Origin: Eledone cirrhosa
Taxonomy: Eukaryota
Length of the DNA: 64,000 bases
Assembly: GCA_964016885.1 (NCBI GenBank)
Contig: OZ024742.1
Coordinates: forward strand, 51,584,001 to 51,648,000
Reading direction: 5' to 3'
Part shown: one piece after another, positions 36,040-49,600 of the stretch
How positions within the stretch are numbered: position 1 is the first letter of the stretch
Layout of the letters: the number at the start of each line of letters is the position of its first letter
Notes under the pieces: generated by a model
Database searches by the model: none
What the model was told of the DNA's origin: nothing
What the model saw: the letters and a program-made list of their open reading frames with translations, nothing else
Made by a program: the position numbers and the translations under genes

Positions 36040-37450
36040 ACAGACAAACTGTCTTGAGAAGAAATTGAGAATGCTGCTTTGGATTTCACTGTCTAAACTT
36101 GTCACACGATTGCACTATGAGGGAAACCGGCAAACGCTAAGGAAGCTCTATTCTACTTTCTGTGGAATTGGCGTCGTGTTAATTCATGAAAATACCATAC
36201 TATAGTTATGTTTAATCACTTCCATCGGAGAAATATTGGTGTGTGTATGCATATGGTTTTGAATTAATAAATCATTATGGAACTATGATGAAGATGACAG
36301 GTCTGGGTAGGAAGCCATAGCAGATGTTTACTAATATATCCGCAAGTGTATTGTTAAAGAAAACAATTTCTTCATAAAATGGCTGTTATATAGGATCATA
36401 TACGTAAACGTTATTCTCTATAAGCATAAAAAACACATTGCTTTTGTTGTAAATTAATTTCAGCTATCAATTAACTTTATATACAATATTGCTATAGTAT
36501 CAATTGAAATGTATTTAAGACAGAAAATATGAGTTTAGATTTCCTGTGATATATAAGTAATAATAGAGCAGAATAAGTGCTAAGCTCAAGAAATATATTG
36601 AGATGTGTGCAAACGAGCTAACAGATTAATCATATACAATTAATCAAAATGCTAGAAATAGCAACTACATAAATTTTCCAGTTCACAATATATCGACATA
36701 AAATGAGCATATATTGACTTGTAATCGTTCTAGGTGGTGCCGGTTAGAAAGCCTATGTTTGTACGCCTTCTCCCAAAAGTATATAAACAAAAATAGAGTT
36801 GATAACGTTAACATAAAGTCGTATATTTTATGTAAACCTTGTAAGGCGATCGGTTCGTAGTTTCCCTAAAGCACTGGTTATGTCCGTTGACGTTCTGATT
36901 GTAATACACACAGAGTCCAACATTGGCTTTCAAACCCCTAGGTCAATAAAATTTGGTACCATTAAATAACTGGGTTTAATAAATTCGAGTATCTTCTCCG
37001 CAAATATTGCTCGCATTTTGTCCAATCAAAAATCATTATTTGTACCTTAAATGCAGAGCTTATAGCAATTTTGATATAGACATGTTATCTAAAAAGAGGT
37101 TATGATAAGAATTTTGCTTCAGTGGGAGCAATTTATACACACCCTGGTATTAGATGTTAGATACGAATAACATGATTGCAATCGGAGTTTAGTGAGTGGT
37201 TATTGAAATCACACAATCCACCTATTTATAAAAAAAGATACATAATACAATGCACTACTTAGGGTATACAATAGGACTAAAATATACTTTTCAGTCCAAA
37301 GAACATTACCAATAGAATAGATCTGATGTCGACAAAGAAAACAAATTATAACATGCTGCCATACCGACTTAGCTGTGACGACTTATCTGCATAAACTGTA
37401 ACAGTAGTTAGGATGAGATGCTATAGACGACCAGGCTCTCGGGTGACTGC
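36040..37450 (+). pseudogene. Decayed SLC7/CAT-like remnant, interrupted by an old SINE (~36850-37040)
   Basis: Collinear LEKKLRMLLWISL, VELAS..YSYV, TSIGEILV..W, CKLISAIN, VQRTLPI, MLPYRL. Confidence 0.4.
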
Positions 37451-38214
37451 CCAGTCAATGATTCCAGTTAAACAGTATCTAAAGTGTCTTATTAAATTTG
37501 AATATACAAATATTTCAAATATTAAATACAAGAGAGTTTGTCCAGAGCAAACTAGAGGATGTAAAAAATTGAGATTGCCTAAGGCAAACTAAAGGATATA
37601 AAATCAAAGGTTAGTGCATATATTGTACAGAGGAAAGCAAACCAATTTGAGATAATTGAACTATCACATTTTGCTGATATTGTACAATTATTCACATTTA
37701 TAAAAGGTGATGTGAGAATGATCACAATACTGGCGATAATGTGGTCGTGATGATCGTGGTAGTATTTCTCCTGGATTATAATGACGGAAATAATGTAGGT
37801 GGTTATAATATCCGTGATATTATTATAATTGGTAATGTTGGAAAATGTTTGTTATATTTCCCATATTGATACACAAATTAGCTAAAATAAATTAGTGATG
37901 ATCATGCTTATATGGGTGTTGATTTCAATGTGTCGTACATTATGTTTGGTGGTACCAAAGAATTACCCTTTAAAAGTCAATGCGATGGGTTATCGTGTTC
38001 CTTATGCAATACAATTACATTAGTGGGGATCATAGTTATGATGGCTGGAGTAACTGTCACATAAAGGTTTAAACGGGGATACATTTTTTTCTGGTAGGTT
38101 CTCCAATATACGTAGGGAATAGGATTAACATGATGAAAATGATATTTCGTATATTGAGCTCTGAAGTAAAATGGTAAATATACGGTGTCTAACGGCATTC
38201 ACGTTATGGATGGT

Positions 38215-38570
38215 GAATTTGTAATAAGGGTCATCACCATCATCGTCATGAAGATGATGATCGTGATGATGACGATGGGGACGTTGGTGATAATGATGAT
38301 GTAGACGATTTTCAAGATGTTGATGTTTGTGGTGAGCATGATGATGGTGGAAATGATGATGATGCTGGCACTGGTAATAATGAGGATGATGGTGTTGATG
38401 ATCGTAATGATAATGGTAAACATCCCGATAATGTTGGTAGTAAGGGGGAGGTGCAAGATAATAATATATATGATGATGATGATGATGATGACGACAATTT
38501 TGACGATTATACTATAATGATTTTATATGGATAATGATGACAATGCTGAACATGTTCATGATTATGATAA
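38215..38570. repeat. Degenerate (GAT)n low-complexity tract
   Basis: Direct reading. Confidence 0.8.
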
Positions 38571-38850
38571 TGAAAAGAAGAAGGAGAGTTTGAGTATGGA
38601 GTGCTGGAGGAAGTGGAGAAATGGTTGCTGGAATGATATAAAACGTTAATCGAAATTGTGAAGAGGAAATGGTGTTTTACTGAAATAAATTCGCCATTTC
38701 CCTTATCTATGTAATATTTAAAAAATATTCCTCGAAAATCTGCAGTGCATGACCAAATTTCTACCAAGAATAGATGTAAAGTTCATGCATCACATCATTG
38801 AAATTTTTGCTACTACATGCTGTCTCAGAAATAGGAAAATATAGAAAGTG

Positions 38851-38851
<1 letters not shown>

Positions 38852-38946
<95 letters not shown>

Positions 38947-39073
38947 GTATATATATATATGTATATATGAGTATATATATATATATAGGTATATATATAT
39001 ATATATGTATATATATGTATATATATATATATATATATAAGTATATATATATGTATATATATATGTATATATA

Positions 39074-39153
<80 letters not shown>

Positions 39154-39187
39154 TATATATATGTATATATTTATATAAAAATATATG

Positions 39188-39227
<40 letters not shown>
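38852..39227. repeat. Long interrupted (TA)n microsatellite
   Basis: Direct reading; largest of many (TA)n tracts. Confidence 0.95.
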
Positions 39228-40374
39228 AGTGGAAATGTTTGTGTGTGGGAAATAATGTTCTATAATTTTTGTTTTATTACATTTGGAAAATGATGTAGTC
39301 TATTCAGTGGTGACAGGTTTTATATTAGAATTTATATCATTGCGAGATATATCAGAGGTCTTCTTGTAAAATACTTCAAAGTCAACTTGTAAAGAAGTCT
39401 TCTAATTGAGGCCATAAATGTTTCTCAAAGGAAGCTGCAGGCATGATTGATAAAAGAATGGCTTGCTTGTAAATTTAGTAACTAGGCCTAAACAATTCTA
39501 GATGCGGCCATTCTATGAATACTATGTTCGCTTTTATCTCATAACCTTTCCACCTTGTGCCATATTTCGTCTGCTTAACGAAATATAAGTGGCAGCAATA
39601 CTAGAATCAAATGTGTGAGGAGAGTTACTTACGGGTAGTCAATAAGAATGTGGGAAATATTTCAAGTTATTGAGAGAGTGTGTTTGAGAAACAGAGAAAT
39701 GAGTAAAGGTGGAAGAGATAAAGCTTGTGAATGAAAACAGAAAAGTTGAGTGGGAAACAAATAAAGAAAAAAGAGAAGGAAATATAAAAAGTAAAAATAA
39801 AAAGACTACCATGACATGTATGTTAGATGCATAAAGTAGAATAAAAGACACTAGATAAAACATCACGATGAGAAGAAAGAAAAGAGAAAAATATGGATGA
39901 AAAGAATTAGGCATGAAATGGTAAACGGTTAAAGATAGAGATTGAGGAAATATAGTTTAAGGGACAGAAGGTGATAAAGATATAGGAGACATATGAATTT
40001 ATTTTCTTTGAAATAAAGAGAATGAATGATACATGACAAATGAGAGTCAGGGAACATTAGAGAGGAAAGAAGAAAAAAATTACGAAAACGCGAATGCAGC
40101 ATGGAATGAGAAATGTTGGTAAGAACTTTTATAATTTCACTAAGCAAGCGACAAATTTAGATATTTCAGTGATCAATCTCCATATTATGTAGATCTTTGA
40201 GAATATCTAAAATCTACAGAAAGTAACATTATTTTACTGAATACATAAATTTGTAAAATATTTTAATATAACTTTAGTCTTTTGTTTCTAAACTTAGATA
40301 AGGTCAGATGTAACTGTTCTACAACTGGCATGTTACTTAAATATTTTTAGTATATTTAGTCTAGTTTATATAAT

Positions 40375-40496
<122 letters not shown>

Positions 40497-40807
40497 TGTG
40501 TGCGCGCATGTGTATGTGTGCGTGCTTGTGTGTGTGTGTGTGTGTGTGCGTGCGCGTCTGTACGTGCGTGTGTGTGTGTATACGTGTGGATGTGTGTGAG
40601 TTTGTTTATAAAATCTTTAATTACATCTTTGCTGCCATCCAAATTCAATGTTAGTATCTGTTAGAACACGAAAAGTGTGAAACAACAGAATGTTCACTTT
40701 TCGTGTTCTAACATATATGCCTAACTTCTTCATAAATTTTTCGGGGATAGCCGTGGAGGTGGTGATCGTATGTCATTGGCTAATTTTCAACCAATCAGAG
40801 TAAGTGT

Positions 40808-40857
<50 letters not shown>

Positions 40858-42189
40858 TATTCCCCCTCTCTCTATATATATCTTACGCTTTCGCTTTACA
40901 CTCCTCCCCTTCAATAACACATTTCCCCCTCTCTATATATCTCTTCCACTGTTACTTACGCCTGTTTCTCTCTATCTGTTCCGTCTCTATATATATCTCT
41001 CTTACTCTTTCGCTTTGCACTCCTCCCCTTCAATACCATCTCTCCCCCTCTCTATATATTTGTTACTCTATCGCTGCACGCTCCTCTCCTTCAATATATC
41101 AATTACACACGCTTTACACTCCTTTATCCCCAGCGCCCCTATATATACACCCCCTCCCGCATCTATATTTTAATGTTCCGTTGCACCGTGAATATATGTG
41201 TCTATATATATATACATATATATTGTATATACACATTCATGTATGTGTATACACACTCATGTATGTATATACACTGGTTTTATGTGTGTATTGTAAATTT
41301 GTACTGTTAAAACACGAAACTAACATTCGATTGACACTTTGATTACCTGTACAGGCAATAGTTATTAGAATGCTGTTGAAGTGTGTATATATTTTTGGGG
41401 GACATCCTGTATATACACACATTATATATAATACAATAAACAGATAAATACACACATATATATATGAGCTTATTTAATTATAAAATTGTGAATTTTTAAC
41501 TCAGTTCAATTATATATATAAATGGCTTCTACAGGACTAGAACTGTTTCATTCGAAAGAAATTATCATAATATTGAGAGGGGGGACTAGATAAACTATTT
41601 CAAATCAAATGTGTATAAGTTATAAGTGAAAATGTATAAATAGAGACGATAGTGGAGGTATAACTCTTTAGTGGAACAGTAGACGATAGAATTAAATACA
41701 GACGAGAATCTCCCTTTAATGAAACAGCAGGCGATAGAATTAAGGCAATTTAAATTTTAAGCATTTGCATTTTTGCCTTTCATCGTTACGGGGTCGATAA
41801 AATAAAGTACCAGTAATACACTGTCACTATAAGTAGACGACTTTCAAATTGAATTGTTGGTTCCATTTCTTTAGTATTTTCAATTGTAGTTATCTACTTA
41901 AAAAGCGTTACACGGTTAGAGACATAATTGGTAAGTTATATCTTCCCTATTAAACCATTGCATTATTTCGCCTACAATAGAACAAAAATGAAATGTTCTT
42001 TAAAGAAACAGGAATATAACTTTATAAAAAAAAAAGTTGCATCCGCTTCTTTTATCATTGATAATTTTTTCGTTTTAATATTAATTGTTTTTTGTAGTTG
42101 TTTATATTAAAAATCTTACTGTAATATTTACTTAAACGAAGGCAGACATCTAAACTTATAGATTAATCTTGAGCGAAGGACTAGATAAA

Positions 42190-42250
<61 letters not shown>

Positions 42251-42254
<4 letters not shown>

Positions 42255-42560
42255 GAAGAATGATAACATTTCAAGCAAAGAGTTTAATTAGGTAATGACT
42301 TACAAATTTGTTTCAGTATATATTTAATATAATATTAATATATTTTGTAATATTATTAACTAATTATTATAATTAGCGCTTCAGGCTTTGTCTATATACT
42401 GAAACAAATTTGTAAGTCATTACCTAATTAAACTCTTTGCTTGAAATTTTATCACCCTTCGTTTTGAATTTCTCCTAAGTATTCAATACTCTGTTGAGAA
42501 ATACATTTTACATAAACAGTCTTTGTACCATTTATACGGTATTAATTACTTATATTTATA
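42251..42560 (+). mobile_element. Hairpin-headed stub between (TA)n tracts (probable PLE 3' end with inversion)
   Basis: 72-bp inverted arms 42251-42322 and 42393-42464; contains GAAACAAATTTGTA, a hammerhead-like stem III plus GUA. Confidence 0.6.
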
Positions 42561-42649
42561 TATATATATATAGCGTATGATTAGAACTGTGTTTATTATT
42601 AATATTTTAATGGATTTAATGAAAAAGTTTAGGTGTTCATATATATATT

Positions 42650-42713
42650 CTAAAAATGCGCGAAATCGTGAATCCGCGATAGTTGAACCGCCAAGTAGCG
42701 AGGCATCACTGTA
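42650..42713. mobile_element. Terminal fragment of a pogo/Tigger-like DNA transposon
   Basis: Ends ...tgaaccgccaagtagcgaggcatcactg-TA, resembling Tigger-type TIR ends. Confidence 0.45.
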
Positions 42714-42739
42714 TATATGTTTAAATATATAGTGTAGCT

Positions 42740-43204
42740 GTGATGTATCTCGCGAGTGAATCGAGACCTGTCACTGATGTTGGTGTCCCCACTGCCGATG
42801 TGAACGAGCAACGCTGCACTTGTGAATTGGGTCTTGATGTTGCAGGCAGTTCATATACTTACAATGATGCGGTCCCACAAGCTTGTTCACATTCCTGTGC
42901 TAATAATCTAGATGGGCGTATTAAATTGGATGTGAAAGCAGCTTACCGGATCCGGAATCGGGAGAAGTTGAGACAAAAACTGGCCGATTATAGAGCTGTG
43001 AATTTTGCTAAATTAACACAAAAACAGGCCAAGTATAGATGTTCAAAACGGTATGAGTTGGCAAACAAGCAGGCCAAGTATAGATCTGCAAATTCAGCTA
43101 TTATATCTCAAAAGCAAGCCGAGCGTAGAGCTTCTAAACGTACCGAGTTGGCTAAAGAGCAGACCAAGTACAGATCTGCAAATATCTTATTGCACAAACA
43201 ATAA
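42740..43204 (+). CDS. 154-aa ORF with basic KQAKYR-type repeats, possibly a transposon N-terminal fragment
   Basis: Five ~15-aa repeats (KLADYR, KQAKYR x2, KQAERR, EQTKYR); family not identified. Confidence 0.3.
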   Translation: MMYLASESRPVTDVGVPTADVNEQRCTCELGLDVAGSSYTYNDAVPQACSHSCANNLDGRIKLDVKAAYRIRNREKLRQKLADYRAVNFAKLTQKQAKYRCSKRYELANKQAKYRSANSAIISQKQAERRASKRTELAKEQTKYRSANILLHKQ

Positions 43205-43412
43205 TTCTGCACAAATGTTGCTCCATTATTAGATCTAATGTTGCAACGATACAGTTAAATGTTGTCTGTGTATTTTAAAAAAGATTTGCTTATAATCTTT
43301 TCAAATTTCATTACGCCAATGATTCAAGCTCAAATTGACATTATCTAAAAAATTGTACAAACAGCGGTGGATTAGCAGTAGTGAACAGATAAATCAGTCA
43401 ATTTATTAAGAT

Positions 43413-44069
43413 TGACTTGGCATCAATCAGCAAGACCTTCATTAGCTGCTCTCCAGCCATCTATTTAAAGCTGTATGCATCTATGGTACGAATACACTTG
43501 GAGTTCGCGTCATCAGTCTGGAACCCCTATCTTGCTCAGAACATTGACCTCCTGGAAACTGTTCAGAGACATGCAACCAAGCGCATACCCTCCATCAGAC
43601 ACCTACCATACCCTGAATATTTTGCTTCCCTCTGGCAATGGACTTGGTAAACACCCACAAAGTTATTAACCATCCGACCAACAATAACCCCGAACACCTT
43701 TTTGATCTCCATGTGTCTAACACGTGGACATGCCTACAAAGTCAGAAAACAACACAGCTCCCATGAATTTAGGAAATATTTCTTCATGCTCAGAGTTGCT
43801 GAAGGATGGAACAAACTTCCTGCATCAGTTGTTAGCTGATGACACACTGCATCCTTTAAAACCATCATACATTCCGAAATACACCAAAACTACACCTGAT
43901 GTCCCCCTTCCATACACATGCACATATGTGTATATCATGACTCATGCACTGTTCTTTTTTCCTGACGTTTTTATATTACCCTATGTATTATATATGCACT
44001 TTTGATGAGTTGTAGTGCACCTCAGCATTGTACACAATATTTTCATTATTATTATCATTATTATTATTA
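43413..44069 (+). mobile_element. CR1-clade LINE 3' fragment
   Basis: LYASMVRIHLEFASSVWNPY...LETVQRHATKRIP; 3' UTR ending in (ATT)n. Confidence 0.88.
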
Positions 44070-44539
44070 CACTCATTGATCCATTTGGCACTAACTCTGC
44101 ATCAAGCACCCTCACCTAAATATTAACCAATCAAGGATCCAATACAGCTATCTGTTGGATGAGTATTGTATAGTGCCAAAAACGAAACCAATCAGTTTAG
44201 CAGAAAGTTTCCAGACAAGAAACACGCATATTTTGCTATCCTCAAACACGTTTACACATGGCATGAAATATAACTAATCCGAGATGGCTAGGTTTCATCT
44301 TCTAACTGGATATACGAAATCCATTATGTCTTGACAACAACATGAGGTAACATTATGTTATTCACAGACACACTTTGTACACTGTTCCATATCAGAATGT
44401 ATTTCCTTCGTCACATTCACAAACAGTATTGAAAATATGTTCTTCGGCAAATAAAAATGTTTTGTTCATAATATTTCAACTAGCGATTGCTCTAATCCAC
44501 GCACGACCACCATAAATTAATGACCAGCTCAACACAAGT

Positions 44540-44710
44540 ATTGGTAGAGCGTCAGACACCATGCTTTGCAGTATTGTTATGGTCCTTTGCATTCTAAGTT
44601 CAAATCCTGCCGAGGTTAACTTCGACTTTCATACTTACTAATTCGATAAAATAAAGTACCAGTAATGGACTGCCGTAATGGATTTGTGCCGAAAAATAGA
44701 AACACTATTA
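44540..44710 (+). mobile_element. Diverged tRNA-derived SINE
   Basis: aagttcaaatcctgccgagg...cgataaaataaagtaccagt. Confidence 0.8.
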
Positions 44711-45260
44711 ATGTGCAATAAGAGCAAAATATAACGACATTGCTCAATTATTTTATCTAATGTTGTAATAACACAAGGAAATGTTGTTTGTGTATTTTTT
44801 TTTATATTTGCTCATAGGCTTTTACAATTTCGCTCAGCCAACAACTATTAAAAAGTGAGTTGCTTAAGATAACAATTTAATCACAAATTGTTGCTATCTT
44901 TTAATACACTCCAACAAGTCATCAAATTATGTACAATAAAAACAAATCTTATTAATTTGCTCAGGGAATATAAAGAAAATGTATATACACTGATAATTGC
45001 AATTGTATGTAAATATTTTGTTTTTGTATTGTTTATTTTATGTTTTCTATTATGTATAATATATTGATTTAATATTGATTGTTTTTTGTAGTTGTTTATA
45101 TTAAAAGTCTGAAAATATTTTTATACATCTTACACTAATATTTATAAGATAATTTATAATAACAATTACATAATCTAATTACATTACAACGATAATGTAT
45201 TATTAATATATATCCTGTTTAACTAGAGTTATTACAAGCGTTGCCTTAAAAAAATATTAA

Positions 45261-46217
45261 ACTAGACATGAAAAATGCGCAAGCTCAAAAGTGCCACAGA
45301 ATGTTATAATAAACCTTCACAAGTGTGGGACTAGAGTTGTTGCTAAAAAATATTGTAATCATTATATAACGTACCATCTGTGGCATCCTTTATAAAAATA
45401 GCTTAAATCAACGAAGCCTTTATTTTTACGCTATTTCACTTAGTTAATTCTTAGAGTGTAACATATAAAAATAAATACATCTATGTTTAATGTAATAACA
45501 GCTATAAATAATTACGTAATATTATTATCATATACTCATAGTAACAAAATAATTGTGTTGAAAATTAATATGATGCTTATATGAACGATCAAATCTATAA
45601 TGATAATTTCTTAAATATACTAATAGTAAAATAATTTAGTTATCTATTGTTACATTTTCATAGAACTATAATATTAACAATCGTATTGCATTATCAAATT
45701 TTTATCACTACAAACTTTCATATTGGAATTACCTTAAGCCACTTATTATTACTTCGCTTTCGTACTTTTACAGCTGTAGATATTGCGCTGTATCTTATAT
45801 CTAATATCAATATCTCATGGTAATTTGCATGCAGTGTAAAATAGTTTTATTAATAACTTTAATATGAAATGTATTATACAGGGCTGCGGAGTCGGCCAAA
45901 AATTGACTGGCTCCAACTCAGGATCCGATACTCCATTATTTCCTAAATTTCAGCTCCGCAGCTCTGTTATTATATTAATTAATTTATTTTATAGTTGTAA
46001 ATCATATTTTTATATGTTACACTCTAAGAATTAACTAAGTGAAATAGCGTAAAAATAAAGGCTTCGTTGGTTTAAGCTATTTTTATAAAGGATGCCACAG
46101 AATGTACGATATATAATGATTACAATATTTTTTAGCAACAACTCTAGTCCCACACTTTTGAAGGTTTATTATAACATTCTCTGGCACTTTTGAGCTTGCG
46201 CATTTTTCATGTCTAGT
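45261..46217. mobile_element. Foldback/MITE-like structure with ~213-bp inverted arms
   Basis: 45261-45474 is the near-perfect reverse complement of 46005-46217; termini ACTAG/CTAGT. Confidence 0.75.
45879..45966. mobile_element. 88-bp hAT-like MITE
   Basis: TIRs CAGGGCTGCGGAG / CTCCGCAGCTCTG; 8-bp TSD GTATTATA/TTATTATA (7 of 8). Confidence 0.75.
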
Positions 46218-46596
46218 AATATTATGCATACTAGGACTTGACATTGGCTTTGCTCGCTTTTAGTTTATAATGCTTTTAGTTTAAATCGCACGTGCCATGA
46301 GATTATTCTGCATATTGTAGCTATGCCGTTTTAAATTCTTTAAAATATCTTATTCCTAGAAAGATCAATGGAAGAGGTCCAAACATCTATTTGTGTTCAT
46401 GGTTTGCAAGATAATGAAAATACTACATATGGTTACACAAGAAGAAGAAGAAGTAGAAGAACAACAACAACAACAACGACAACAAAAACAACAGCAACAA
46501 CGACAACAAAAACAACAACAACAACGACAACAAAAACAACAACAACAGCAGCAGCAGTGACAACAATAACAAAACAACTATAACTAGTTATTAACC

Positions 46597-46625
<29 letters not shown>

Positions 46626-46627
<2 letters not shown>

Positions 46628-49600
46628 AGTTGCATTTATCTTGCATTATGTTCAGACGAGTTATCACCAAATCACAACCAGTGACCTCAAGAGACAACAA
46701 GGTCTGCCATGTTCAAGAAAGAACATACATACACACACACGCATCTTTAGGTGTTTAGACTTGTGATGTATTTATATTGACAGAATCTTCCTTAGTATAT
46801 GGGCAGTTCCCATTAGTACTATCTTTTGTATTTCTCCTATACGCGGGTTTCCTGGGATTTGCGATACGTCATCACTAGACCCCTTAGGTATCATTCCTAG
46901 AGCGCCTACAACCACTGGTATTGTTTTAGTTCTCAATTTCCACATTTTTCCAATTTCTATCTCCAGGTCTTTATACTTGCTCAATTTTTCAAATGTTTTT
47001 ATAGATACATTCTTGTCTGTTAGAACGGACATATCAATTAGCAGGCCTAGCCTCTTTTGAAAGTCCTTCAGTATTATATCAGATCTATTTGCTTCTACTT
47101 TTCGGTCTGTTTGGATGGTAAAGTTCCACAAAATTGAGATGTGATTTTTTGCAAGTACGGGAGGTGGTTGATGCTCCCACCAATTCTTTTGATGTGGCAG
47201 GTCAAAATGCTTACACATTATCCAATGTATGTATTTTGAAGCTCTGTTGTGCCTGTTTAGGTATTCGGTTGGAGCTATAGGACTGGACATTGAAATTATA
47301 TTATTAATAGTCTCCCGTTGTTTTTTACATACACGGCATAATGGGTTGCATCCATTTTTTATTATGTTGGCTTGGTAATTTTTTGTTGGCAGACACTGAT
47401 CTTGTGCTGATATAATCAGTCCTTCAGTCTCCTTTTTCAGTCCAGAGGATGCCAACCACTGATGGGTTAAAGTTTTGTCAACATCAGGATTGTTAGCTCT
47501 TTCTGTGTATGTTCCATACAGAGTCTTTTTTGCCATTTCTTAGCCAGTTTCTGTAGCAATTCTTTGTTTGCAGTTACTTTTACCTGCTTTGCTTTTTCCG
47601 TGTTTTTCATTTCAGCAGTAAATGGAACTTCTGAAATTTGTAATTCATTACTGTATCTTTGTGCATCTTTTGTAATGGAGTATGATCTTTTGATGCTTTC
47701 GTGTTTCAAAACGAGTTTGATCATCCAATCAATTGATTCCCTTAGATATGTAGATAATCCAATTGTTGCAGTTTTCAACGCAATATCTAACTAGATTAAC
47801 CCACGTCCTTCTTCTTTCCTAGGGAGATATATTCTATCTGTATTTGCCTTAGGGTGATCCATTCTGTGGATGTTTAAGAATTTTCTATATTTTGTATCGA
47901 GTCTACGGGTCTCTGTGCTTGACCAGTTGATGACATTGTAACTGTAGGTTACCACTGGTTTGGCAAGCGCGTCTATAGCATCGATCCTGTTCCTTGCATT
48001 CAATTCCGTTCTTAAGATTGCTCTTACTCTGCGGTAACATTCCTTCCTTATCCTTTCCCTCATTGTCGAGTGCTTGATTCCGTCTCCTTCACAAACACCT
48101 AGATATTTGTAAGTTTCGTCTTGATCAAGTTCTCTTATCCCATTCCCCGATCAAGATTAATGTCTGAACTTTTCAGCAACTTACCTCTGGTGAATGTGGC
48201 TTTGGCGCATTTATCTAGTCCAAACTCCATTTTAATGTCATCACTGAATTGCTTCACAGTGAATAATAGCCCTTGCAATTGCTCATCATTTTTTGCAAAT
48301 ACTTACAGGTCATACATGTAGAACAAGTGAGTAATGGTTTTGTCATAGACTTTATATCCATGTTTTGTTTCATTGAGCATTTTACTTAATGGTATAAGTG
48401 CGATGCAGAATAAAAGCGGTGATAAAGAGTCACCTGAAAAATTCCACAATTAATATTAACTTCTCCAGCTTCCAGTGAATTGTTTTTCACTATTCAAAAG
48501 GAGTGTCGTTTTCCATGGCTTTATACTGAATGACAGGAACCTCCTGACAAAGGGATATATTTTAAAAATCTCTAAACATGTTTCTATCTAACTGTGTGGC
48601 AAACTATAAAATGCTTTTTTATAATCTATCCAAGCAATTGATAGAATGTTGTGTCTATTATGACAATATTCCAGTATCATTTTGTTAACCAAAAGCTGAT
48701 CCTTACAGCCATATGAGCCTCGTTTACACCCTTTCTGCTCATTGGGAAATAGGTCATTTGTTATCAGGTGATCATATGTATATTAAGTTAGGACTGATGT
48801 TAAAATATTATACATTGTGGTCAAGTAAGGTATCGTTCTGTAATTTTTGGGATTGTTTGTCTCATCATTCTTCGGAAGTAGGAATGTCATGCCGTTAACT
48901 AGCCATGATGGTATCTTTTCTGGCTCCTTAACCATTTCATTGTAAAGTTGGGCTAACAGCTCATGAGACTCTGTGAAGGCATTTATCCAAAAATTTGGTA
49001 ATTTGTCTTTTCCTGGATATTTCCATTTTATGGTTTTTCTAAGAGCTAAACGCAACTGTTCAACTGTTATATTTTCCCATTTTTGTTCCTCAAGGTGAGC
49101 TGTACCTTTCATTTGTCTATCAATCCATGGGGCATGTATATTATGAACTTTTTCTTCGGCCCAGATCTTTTCCCAGAATTCTTGCACTTCCTCCTTGGAT
49201 TTAGCAGTTATTGTTGACTTACCAATTTTTCTGTAGAACATATTATTGTCCTTATAGAATCTAGATTGTTTTTCAAAGTGCCTTATACGAGCAGCTTTGG
49301 CCGACACTTTTTGCTTGATTGTTTCTATCAGCATGTCTTTGTCACTTGTTGATTTTATACTGTATTATCTTTTCAATTTTCTAAGTTTAGTTTGTTTAAC
49401 ATGTTCACCTACTTTATAGTTTTTTAAAATTTCTATGTCAGATCGGAGAAGGTTTATTTGGCGATTGATGTTCTCTTCCCAAGTAGGTTTCTTGTGGGAA
49501 TTCCTTTTTTTTTCATTTTCACTCCACATAAGATTTAGCCGTTGCATTATAGAGATGATTTAGATCAGTAATGTTTAGTTTGTTTGTGATGATAATGTAT

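Noticed and set aside
38199-38767. Hydrophobic Ile/Met-rich ORFs
   Set aside because: Derived from degenerate (GAT)n repeats
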